From: Nitrospirota bacterium
Lineage (GTDB): Bacteria; Nitrospirota; UBA9217
Assembly (NCBI GenBank): GCA_963663225.1
Contig: OY760142.1
Coordinates: forward strand, 384,001 to 448,000
Direction of reading: 5' to 3'
Length of the DNA stretch: 64,000 nt
This document shows positions 17,898-26,004 of this stretch, piece after piece. The notes beneath the pieces are model-generated. The model was not told the origin of the DNA, searched no databases, and saw nothing but the letters and a program-made list of their open reading frames with translations. Within the stretch, counting starts at the first letter, position 1; every line of letters begins with the position of its first letter. The translations under genes and the position numbers were made by a program.

Positions 17898-20210
17898 TTA
17901 TCGCGAGGTTTCTTTATTACTATCATGACGGTATTGCGCTCCCGAATCCGGAGAATTCAGGTGCACGCCGACGGCGATGGCCATCGGCAGAACTCCAAAA
18001 AGTATGAAAATAAGGTCCGCAGGCATGCGGAGCCATTCAAGCACTTGCATAAACCCCGTATGCAAGAATTCAGGGCTTCTTGCATGCCAGTAACCGTTTT
18101 TCAGAACGTCCACAAACTGCAGCACGCCGCCGGGAAACAGATTCGTCATCACCATCAGGGCCAATCCGCCGTTAAGGCCCCAGAAAGAGATGCGGACGTA
18201 CCGCTCCAGTTTTCCCCATTCGGCATTGCTTGATGTCTGGCGGAGAGCAAAAACCAGCAATGCCATGGCCAGCATGCCAAAAACCCCCATCAAAGCAGCA
18301 TGACCATGGTTCGGCGTCAGGATGGTGCCCACTTCGAAGTAACTCACAATGGGCAGATTGATGAGAAAACCGAATATTCCTGCACCGATAAAGTTCCAGA
18401 CTCCGACAGCGATCAAAAAGTAAAAGGTCCATTTATGTGGAATGACTATTTCTTCCTCGCACAGGCCGCACTTTGAGCGCGTCAACTTGACGAAATCCCA
18501 GGCGTCAAGCGTGAGCAGCGTAAGCGGCACGACTTCCATTGCCGAGAACACCGCGGCAAGAGCCATGTTGATATTCGATTGCCCTGTCCAGTACCAGTGA
18601 TGCCCCGTGCCGATGATGCCGCTCCCGAGATAGAGAATGGCATCGAGATACACGACACGCGCCGCCGTCTGATGTGAAACGATGCCCAGAAGATAAAATA
18701 TGACGGCCACCATTACCGTCGCGAACACCTCGAAAAATCCCTCGACCCAGAGATGGATTATCCAGAACCGCCAGGTGTCCACCACGGAAAAATGCGTTGT
18801 GCTCGTGAAGAACATCGCCGGCATGTAAAACAGGGGAATTGCAAACGCCGCGTAGAGAAAGAGCAAAGAAATCTCTCTCCGCTCAGTGTCCCGGAGCGCT
18901 GGTGAAATGCTCCTGTAAAGCAGCAGGAACCAGACCACAAAACCGACTGCCAGCAAAATCTGCCAGGCGCGGCCGAGATCAAGATATTCCCACCCCTGAT
19001 GTCCGAACCAGAACCAGAACGTGCCGAGGAGCTGGTTGATTCCGAGAATTTCTCCCAGCATGCTCCCCGCAACCACAACCACCAGGGCGCCGAACAGAAA
19101 ATTGACTCCCCATCGCTGGCCCAAAGGCTCTTTACCGCCCAGGGCCGGTGCAAGGAACAGTCCGCCGGCGATGTACGCCGTCGCTATCCAGAAGATCGCG
19201 GCCTGGAGATGCCAGGTGCGGAGAATATTGCTGGGGAGAAGCGTGGACAGATCAATACCAAAGAAACTTCCGGGATCTACCCGATAATGAGCAGTCGCGC
19301 CACCGACAAGCGTCTGGAACAAAAAAAGCAGCATGACGACGCCGAAATATTTTACAGTTGCCTTTTGTCCCGGCAAGACAGCCCCTCCGGGGATCATCTG
19401 CGGATGAATATGACCGCCTTTTTTCTTCCATCCGAGAAAATCAAATTTTCCGAATGCAAAAAGTACGGCGGCTGTCGCGGCAAGCAGCGCAATGAGACTC
19501 AGGGCGCTCCAGAGAACTGCGTCGACGCTCGGTGAATTGCCGACAGCGGGTTCATAGGGGAAATTGTTTGTATACGAATATAGTTTGCCGGGGCGGTTTG
19601 CCGCGGATGCCCAGGCGGTCCAGGCAAAAAACGCCGTGAGCTGGCGAAGTTCGACGGGGTCGGTTATGTATTTTGCGGGTAAACCGGCACTCGCGACAGG
19701 CTGTGAAAAATACGCGGTCCACGCGGAGAGCTGATCGTGGTAGGAATCGGATTCAATATCCGTAAACAGCAGCATTCCGGACTGAGGATCATATCTGTTT
19801 TGCTTCAGCAGCTGCTGCACTTCCGCGGCGACGACCTCCTGATCCATCACGGAAGAGTATTGCGAAAGTATAGTGGATCGTTTTTGTGCAATTACTTTCC
19901 CAGCATGCGCGGCCAGCGAATGCAGATACTCCGCTGAAAAATCCGGTCCAAGATAGGCGCCATGTCCCCAGATTGTCCCGTTTTCCATCAGTCCATACTT
20001 GAGGAATACCTGTTGGCCTGCCATGATGTCTTCTCTGGTAAAAACAGATTGGCCAGTAGCGCGTATGACTTTTTCCGGGACAGGCGGAGCGTCTTCACCG
20101 ACTTTTGTTGCAAGCCAGATCAAGACTGAAAAACACACAATCAACACCAGAATAAGAGAATTTTTCCACCACGACGAGAGTGGTTCTTCTGCGCCCGCAT
20201 GTTCATTCAT
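17898..20210 (-). CDS. norB: Quinol-dependent nitric oxide reductase (qNOR)
   Basis: GTIWGHGAYLGPDFSA, YTNNFP, RTWHLQ, QGWEYLDLGR, HLWVEGFFEVF, GTGHHWYW, HGHAALMG, GYWHARS, RMPADLIF. Confidence 0.95.
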   Translation of the reverse strand: MNEHAGAEEPLSSWWKNSLILVLIVCFSVLIWLATKVGEDAPPVPEKVIRATGQSVFTREDIMAGQQVFLKYGLMENGTIWGHGAYLGPDFSAEYLHSLAAHAGKVIAQKRSTILSQYSSVMDQEVVAAEVQQLLKQNRYDPQSGMLLFTDIESDSYHDQLSAWTAYFSQPVASAGLPAKYITDPVELRQLTAFFAWTAWASAANRPGKLYSYTNNFPYEPAVGNSPSVDAVLWSALSLIALLAATAAVLFAFGKFDFLGWKKKGGHIHPQMIPGGAVLPGQKATVKYFGVVMLLFLFQTLVGGATAHYRVDPGSFFGIDLSTLLPSNILRTWHLQAAIFWIATAYIAGGLFLAPALGGKEPLGQRWGVNFLFGALVVVVAGSMLGEILGINQLLGTFWFWFGHQGWEYLDLGRAWQILLAVGFVVWFLLLYRSISPALRDTERREISLLFLYAAFAIPLFYMPAMFFTSTTHFSVVDTWRFWIIHLWVEGFFEVFATVMVAVIFYLLGIVSHQTAARVVYLDAILYLGSGIIGTGHHWYWTGQSNINMALAAVFSAMEVVPLTLLTLDAWDFVKLTRSKCGLCEEEIVIPHKWTFYFLIAVGVWNFIGAGIFGFLINLPIVSYFEVGTILTPNHGHAALMGVFGMLAMALLVFALRQTSSNAEWGKLERYVRISFWGLNGGLALMVMTNLFPGGVLQFVDVLKNGYWHARSPEFLHTGFMQVLEWLRMPADLIFILFGVLPMAIAVGVHLNSPDSGAQYRHDSNKETSR

Positions 20211-20267
20211 GACCGTGACCCTTTAGTAAATTTTCCTTCTGATGGAAGGAGCGGTGAGATTACACGA

Positions 20268-20726
20268 TTATTTCCCGACGATCTTTAACCAGTTGAAATC
20301 CGCTTTCCTGATATTGCCGGGAATATCCTTGCTCCATTTTTCATACGCCGCTTTGCTGCAGTTCAGATAAAGCTTGCCGTTTACGATCTTCCACACCTCC
20401 GGATCGGTTTTGGCCTTTCGTCCCTCCGACATGGCCCAGGCGCAGTAACCATCGTACTGCGGGGCGTATGCCTCCGGTGCAGCCGCGAACGCAATCCTGT
20501 TTTCTTGTGTTGAAAAAAGCCATGTCATGTCGTGCCATTGAAAGGTGAATGTTTCATTGCCCTTTACTGCCTGGCCCGATTTAAAATAGGCAACGGTGTC
20601 ATATCCCTGTATGGCCATGTCATCTGCCGACGACTTCCCGATAGCAATATTACCCGCCCCGGTCAGCAAAATGAACGCGGTTGAAAAACTCAATAGAATC
20701 AGATTGGCTGCTTTCAAAGAGTCCAT
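20268..20726 (-). CDS. Secreted YHS-domain protein
   Basis: Signal peptide; AIQGYDTVAYF, W.F....N...F...PEAYAPQYDGYCAWAM, DP..WKIVNGKLYLN. Confidence 0.88.
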   Translation of the reverse strand: MDSLKAANLILLSFSTAFILLTGAGNIAIGKSSADDMAIQGYDTVAYFKSGQAVKGNETFTFQWHDMTWLFSTQENRIAFAAAPEAYAPQYDGYCAWAMSEGRKAKTDPEVWKIVNGKLYLNCSKAAYEKWSKDIPGNIRKADFNWLKIVGK

Positions 20727-20919
20727 ATCGCGCTGCTCCTTTTGTTGCAGGATTTAACAGGGTTTGTAAATTTTTGTTTTAAGCTTATTATAGAACAAAA
20801 TGGAAAATAAAAGACATCGGCAAGGTCAAATGATTTGATTGCGGGTAAACACAGGCATGATAAAATTTCCACCCATCCGAGCGCCGCACTGAATAAAAAA
20901 CGGCGCCCGGATCCGGCAG

Positions 20920-22125
20920 CTATTTCAGTTCGGTTTTAAACATCTTTCTGGCCGCGGCCAGCCGATCATCGAGATCAGGCCCCTCCAGTTCAGCGGAAAC
21001 CTTCTGAAGGAAATCAGGAATGTTTACGTTCTGCGGGCACTTCTCCAGGCACGAACCGCACGCGCTGCACTCTGATGCGAATCCCGCCTCTCCGTTGCTC
21101 AACATGCCGCTCGCCGAAATAGTATAAAGAAATTTCGCTTCTTCCACGTTGCCGAACATATGCATTTTATTGTACAGGTCAAAGCACTTTGGAATCTGAA
21201 CGCCTGATGGACAGGGCATGCAATATCCGCAGCCTGTACATCCTATCGGCATCAACTCAAGATATCTTCGGCTTACGCGGTCTACCAGCGCCAACTCTTC
21301 TTTGGACAGGGAGTTTGGATGCGCCTCATCAGCGATGGCCAGATTTTGCTTGATATGAGCCTCCTCATTCATACCGGAGAGAACCACGGTCACCTCCGGA
21401 TGGTTCCACACCCAGCGAAGAGCCCACTCCACAGGGGAACGTCTGATCCTGGCCAAATTCCAGATGTCCGCGATGGCGGGAGGCGGCGTGGGGAGACTGA
21501 GATTTCCTCCCCGCAAAGGTTCCATGACTATCACGCCCAGATTCCTGGCAGCGGCATATTTCAGGCCTTCGATCCCAGCCTGAAATTTCTGGTCGAGATA
21601 ATTGTACTGTATCTGACAAAAAATCCAGGGATACTCATCAACAATGCGCTTGAAATCCACCAGTTCCCCGTGAAAGGAAAAACCAGCATTAACGATGCGG
21701 CCATCTTGCTGCGCTTTCTCTAGAAAATCAAAGATGCCGTGCGTCTTCACCGTATCCCATAAAGCGCCATCAAGCGCATGAACAAGATAATAATCGATTT
21801 GATCAATTCCCAGTTTTTCCATTTGCGTGGCCAGGTAGCGGTCCATGTCGCCGCGGCCGTTAATTATCCACGAAGGCAGCTTGGTTGCCACCTTGACCCT
21901 GTCACGGTACCTGTCTTTCAAGGCTTTTCCGAGCAACGGTTCGCTTTCGCCCCCATGGTACGGCCATGCGGTATCAACGTAGTTTACACCGTTATCGATT
22001 GCGTAGCGTATCTGGTTGATCGCTCTTTCTTCATCGATCTTTCCCGCTTTCATGGGAAGCCTCATACAGCCGAATCCAAGTATGGAAAGTGAATCTCCGT
22101 TTTTCGGTACTGTTCTGTATTGCAT
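20920..22125 (-). CDS. Aldo/keto reductase with C-terminal 4Fe-4S domain
   Basis: LGFGCMRLP, NYVDTAWPYHGGESE, GFSFH, MEPLRGG; CTGCGYCMPCP and CSACGSCLEKCP. Confidence 0.93.
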   Translation of the reverse strand: MQYRTVPKNGDSLSILGFGCMRLPMKAGKIDEERAINQIRYAIDNGVNYVDTAWPYHGGESEPLLGKALKDRYRDRVKVATKLPSWIINGRGDMDRYLATQMEKLGIDQIDYYLVHALDGALWDTVKTHGIFDFLEKAQQDGRIVNAGFSFHGELVDFKRIVDEYPWIFCQIQYNYLDQKFQAGIEGLKYAAARNLGVIVMEPLRGGNLSLPTPPPAIADIWNLARIRRSPVEWALRWVWNHPEVTVVLSGMNEEAHIKQNLAIADEAHPNSLSKEELALVDRVSRRYLELMPIGCTGCGYCMPCPSGVQIPKCFDLYNKMHMFGNVEEAKFLYTISASGMLSNGEAGFASECSACGSCLEKCPQNVNIPDFLQKVSAELEGPDLDDRLAAARKMFKTELK

Positions 22126-22202
22126 GTTTTTTCTCCTGTTTTTCATGTCCTTGAGTGAAGAACAAATACGACCACCGGCATACGTAAGCTTCCAGCAGCC
22201 CG

Positions 22203-22508
22203 CTATGCTTCCGTTAGCACCTTAAGGGTGCGTTCCTCGACCAGGTCTTTTACTTTGTCCCGGTACGTCAGCATATGAGGCGCTTTAAGATGCCGGTGGA
22301 GCGCTTCGAGGCTTTCCCATTTTTCGATAATCGTAATCAGTTGCGGGTCGAGTCCTTGCGTCGGCAGCTTCGAGTCGATATCGGCTGTCGGCATGTATTC
22401 CAGACATCCCTTCTCAGCCCTGACTGTAGGCACATTGGCCTTGCATATTTCCAGAAATTCCGGTATTTTTCCGGATTTAATGCGGATTGATGCAATAACA
22501 CTGATCAT
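22203..22508 (-). CDS. Putative quinol monooxygenase (ABM family)
   Basis: VRAEKGCLEY...IEKWESLEAL..HL.APHM; AAGGAG RBS. Confidence 0.88.
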   Translation of the reverse strand: MISVIASIRIKSGKIPEFLEICKANVPTVRAEKGCLEYMPTADIDSKLPTQGLDPQLITIIEKWESLEALHRHLKAPHMLTYRDKVKDLVEERTLKVLTEA

Positions 22509-22539
22509 AGTGGTTCTCCTTGTATCGTTGGAGCAGTCA

Positions 22540-22986
22540 CTACCGGGATATTGACAAATCAGATTCTCTCAGCTGCTTTGTGTATCGTTGTCCGTCTACT
22601 TTCTCCAGTTCGATTTGCGCTTCAACACCAAAAGTCATTCCACCGGCGCTCGACATATCATCGATTGACAAGGTCGGCAGTTTTGCTGAGTTGGTGATTG
22701 CATACGTTGAATGAGGCGAAGAACAATAGTAAAGTTGATTTCCTCTTCCACTGTTCATCAGGTTACAAATCCATCCTCTCGGAAAAAAAGCATGCGTGAC
22801 CCTGCCCCCTGTCAAAGAAACCTCAACTCCAACAATTTTTTCTCCGGGATTCATTGCAAAAGCCGGAATTTTCACCAAAAGCTGTTTATATCTGACGGAA
22901 TGATCCGCGGCATTTCCCGCCTGATGTCCGAATAATAAAATTGCGAAGACGACAATTACGAATAAGCGCGAGTTGGTTTGTCGCAT
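22540..22986 (-). CDS. Hypothetical secreted protein
   Basis: Signal-peptide-like N-terminus, 148 aa, AAGG RBS; no family recognised. Confidence 0.6.
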   Translation of the reverse strand: MRQTNSRLFVIVVFAILLFGHQAGNAADHSVRYKQLLVKIPAFAMNPGEKIVGVEVSLTGGRVTHAFFPRGWICNLMNSGRGNQLYYCSSPHSTYAITNSAKLPTLSIDDMSSAGGMTFGVEAQIELEKVDGQRYTKQLRESDLSISR

Positions 22987-23175
22987 TGCTATTCCTTTCG
23001 AGATTTTTCCAACTATATCATAATACTAATAATTCGGATAGTGCTTATCATAGGAAATGTTCATTTACCAAGACAATGTATTTTCTTCCGGGTTTTGCTG
23101 CCGTTCCTGCAATCAGATATTCGCTCATTGCTCTGAATCCTCTTCAACATCTTCTCACCTGAATATTTAATACAA

Positions 23176-23850
23176 ATGTTTTTGTCAAGAAACATTGCTT
23201 GTGATAAAATTCAACAGTGGGTCAACGTTGTAAAAGCACGCTGGAGGAAATTCTTGCTCTATCCGGTCATATCGTTAATTTTCGCTCTTGCAATCCTTCC
23301 GTTCGCAGCAGGCATCCTTCCCCTGGTTCATTTTACGTCTGAAAAAATCGACGTGCACGTTTATTCCGAAGAAGTACGCGTTGATGGTCGCTATTTTTAC
23401 AGGAACCCGTTTCCTTTTCCCGTGATGCAGGGTTTTTCCATCCCTTTTCCGACTGACAAGGACCACCCGGAACCATTTGTTGTTCAAGCAGAACGTTTAA
23501 CACCCGCAAGGGAAGCACTCAACCTAAGACGGTTTTTCGACAAAACAGGGTTTGAAGTATATTTCTCCGCCCATGAAGAAATTGAAGTAACGGTATCATA
23601 CCACCAGAAAAGCGGAACCGGCAACGCCACCTATATTCTCACCACCACGCGCCCGTGGGGAAAGCCCCTTGACCACGGAGTTTACACGATCTTTTCGCAC
23701 GGTACCGTTATCATATCGTCAAACTATCCATTCAATCTCGACAACAATATACCGGGTTTTCATATGAGCAATTTTATGCCGGAAAAAGACTGGCAATTTG
23801 CCTGGAGGAGAACAAATGACAAAGAGTCCCGCAGTTATGCAGTTTTTTAA
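23176..23850 (+). CDS. Hypothetical membrane-anchored protein (DUF4424-like beta domain); start uncertain
   Basis: TM followed by F.SEKIDV...Y.YRN...FP and YILTTTRPWGKPL; overlaps the next gene. Confidence 0.55.
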   Translation: MFLSRNIACDKIQQWVNVVKARWRKFLLYPVISLIFALAILPFAAGILPLVHFTSEKIDVHVYSEEVRVDGRYFYRNPFPFPVMQGFSIPFPTDKDHPEPFVVQAERLTPAREALNLRRFFDKTGFEVYFSAHEEIEVTVSYHQKSGTGNATYILTTTRPWGKPLDHGVYTIFSHGTVIISSNYPFNLDNNIPGFHMSNFMPEKDWQFAWRRTNDKESRSYAVF

Positions 23851-24610
23851 CCTGCTTCTGTCCGCTTTCTTTCTTGTGTTTGCGACCGCCGCCCCTGCAT
23901 TCGCAAACAACGCTCCCGGGCCGCTCGCGATAGTGTCGCTCCTGTCACTGGTGATTCTGATTGTGGCGCTGACGTTTGCAGGCGGCGGCTACCGCGTATA
24001 TAAGCGGCTGCAGGAAACTAAATATACCTCGAAGCTGAGACGCACTATCATGAATGTCATGGAATTTATCGCCGGCGTTGCATTATTTTTTGTCGGCGCC
24101 TTCCTGTCCGTTTTCGGCATCCTGGGTTTTTCTCTATACGCAATCGCTCGGGGAATAAAAATGTTGAAGTGGGCACGGGAAGCCGGAAAAGACGGGGAAA
24201 CACCGGCCCATCTTGAAGGGGCAAATTCCAAAAGACTGAAGCAGGCCGGCATCATGCTGATTGTTTTTACTCTTCTTGTCCTCGGCTATTCGATGCTCCA
24301 CCTCGATGAAGTGACCGGAGTTGCCCCTTATAAAAAGAAAGGGCATGCTGCAGTTCTGAACGATGAGGTAAAGAAAGCGTACAGCGCCGCGCAAGTGCAT
24401 CTCAAGGAAAATCCAAAAGCAGAAATTGTTACCTGCGCCGATATGGAGAAAGCGGGCTACACACCTTCCTACAAAGGGACGGTCAATTGCTTTTCGGACA
24501 TGACCGTTTCCTCCGGGGAGATACGAATGACCGGGCCGCAATCGTGGGAGCTCAAGAAACCGGTTGCGAGCATGACTTTTTCCGGCGAGTTCTCTCCGGC
24601 GGAGCCTTGA
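23816..24610 (+). CDS. Hypothetical polytopic membrane protein with pilin-like C-terminal domain
   Basis: GGAGGAG RBS; signal-like N-terminus (APAFAN), several TMs, C-terminal soluble domain with two Cys. Confidence 0.65.
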   Translation: MTKSPAVMQFFNLLLSAFFLVFATAAPAFANNAPGPLAIVSLLSLVILIVALTFAGGGYRVYKRLQETKYTSKLRRTIMNVMEFIAGVALFFVGAFLSVFGILGFSLYAIARGIKMLKWAREAGKDGETPAHLEGANSKRLKQAGIMLIVFTLLVLGYSMLHLDEVTGVAPYKKKGHAAVLNDEVKKAYSAAQVHLKENPKAEIVTCADMEKAGYTPSYKGTVNCFSDMTVSSGEIRMTGPQSWELKKPVASMTFSGEFSPAEP

Positions 24611-24611
24611 G

Positions 24612-24640
24612 TGTTCTCCGCTTGGCGGAGCAGTTTTTTT
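24612..24640 (+). terminator. Intrinsic terminator
   Basis: CTCCGC-ttg-GCGGAG stem followed by T7. Confidence 0.65.
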
Positions 24641-24676
24641 ATCGCAGTGGCTGAGGGTTACTGAATATTCAAATGA

Positions 24677-25750
24677 TTATTTTTCCTTCTTGAATTGCCT
24701 GCGGATGTCCTCATAATATTTTTTAGCGCAATCCGGACATAAGCCATGCGTAAATTCAGCTTCGGATTTATCGGAAATATAGGCTTCAATCTGGCTCCAA
24801 TAGCCCTTGTCATCCTTTATTTTTTTGCAGGATGCGCAGATAGGCAACAAGCCGCTTAATTGTTTCACCTTGGCAAGCGATTCCTGAAGTTCATGAACAA
24901 GCTTTTCGCGCTGTTCTTCCGCTTTTTTGCGTTCTGATATTTCTTCCAGCAACTTTGTATTTGAGTTCTCCAGTTCTGACGCGGCCAGCTGCAGGGCGGT
25001 TTCTCTTCGGTGCAGTTGTCGTCCCGCAAAAAATAAACCGGCAAGCCCTACACACCACAGCAAAAAATGGCCACTGGACAATCCGGTGATTCTGGATTGT
25101 TCAATGGCTCTCAGGGGCCCCATGGGGACGGAAGCGCTTATGCCTCCTCGAATATTTCCTTCTTGATACCCCTGGTGCGCATGACACGGAAGACATGATT
25201 TTTCGGTCACCAACGGGCGCATCAACCGCATGTATTCCCTGTTGTCGATCAAATCAAGGGAATATACTTCTTTCTTCCCCTGCGCAAATTCCACAAGAGC
25301 TTTTGTTTCCCAGCTGTCTGCCTTGTTTTCCGGACGGATAGGGTTCAAGCTCGTAATATGTCCGAGGATGCCCTGTTCCTGCTGCAGCAGTTCGTGGGAT
25401 TGGCGTGTCATGTACGCCGGATTTATCATGGTCAGCTTCCGGCCTGATTGTGTCGTAACGTCACGTTCAGGAATATCTGTTAGATAAGGATTACCCGGGG
25501 TATTCCTGGTCCGCGGTACGTATACCCCGCCATGCAGAGCGTTCCAGCGGCGGTAAATCACATCTTTCGTGAAAGCCACCCGCGCTTCGATAATCGCAAG
25601 CTCAAGAATCTGCCGCTTCAGATGGAGTATGTTCCATGCCGCAGAAAATACAATTATCACAGTCCATACCGCTGACAGTATCCAGAGATACCGTTTTATC
25701 TCAAATGAGTACTTGCTCTTCTTTTTATCAAGAAGCATCAGCCGCCTCAT
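24677..25750 (-). CDS. DUF3365 (Tll0287-like) c-type heme sensor with coiled coil and C-terminal four-Cys module
   Basis: RRWNALHGGVYV, NPAYMTRQ, TSLNPIRPEN..D.WE, CLPCH heme motif, GGIS; tail LLPICASCKKI...W..IE.Y....FTHGLCPDC. Confidence 0.85.
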   Translation of the reverse strand: MRRLMLLDKKKSKYSFEIKRYLWILSAVWTVIIVFSAAWNILHLKRQILELAIIEARVAFTKDVIYRRWNALHGGVYVPRTRNTPGNPYLTDIPERDVTTQSGRKLTMINPAYMTRQSHELLQQEQGILGHITSLNPIRPENKADSWETKALVEFAQGKKEVYSLDLIDNREYMRLMRPLVTEKSCLPCHAHQGYQEGNIRGGISASVPMGPLRAIEQSRITGLSSGHFLLWCVGLAGLFFAGRQLHRRETALQLAASELENSNTKLLEEISERKKAEEQREKLVHELQESLAKVKQLSGLLPICASCKKIKDDKGYWSQIEAYISDKSEAEFTHGLCPDCAKKYYEDIRRQFKKEK

Positions 25751-25935
25751 ACTTATTGCCTATAGTTAGCATTGGGTGTTTTTTATATTGTATCATTGTG
25801 GATCAATTTTTTTTGGACTTTAATCACTGTGCAAGCTTAACATCGGCAATTCGGAATACTCAGGCAGCATACAATTCTTTCACTACCGGAGAAAAATTGG
25901 ACCGGGAATTTCACCATAGCATTCATCTCCTTTGA

Positions 25936-25964
25936 TTGCCCTCTTTTTTTCTTTATGTTATGAT
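25936..25964 (+). promoter_or_regulatory. Candidate sigma70 promoter for the B12 radical SAM gene
   Basis: TTGCCC-N17-TATGAT with extended -10 TG, about 40 nt upstream of the ATG. Confidence 0.5.
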
Positions 25965-26004
25965 GAACAAACATTGCCAGTAAGACATCGTTTGGGAGAA
26001 TTTT

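Noticed and set aside
17898-20210. Possible NO dismutase (Nod) instead of qNOR
   Set aside because: Canonical qNOR residues are intact (HLWVEGFFE, GHHWYW, quinol-site RTWH and RMPAD); no Nod-type substitutions seen
20268-20726. Selenoprotein form of the YHS family
   Set aside because: The Cys positions use normal Cys codons and there is no in-frame TGA
20211-20920. FNR/DNR/NsrR-type site controlling qNOR
   Set aside because: No convincing TTGAT-N4-ATCAA or comparable box was seen in the upstream intergenic regions
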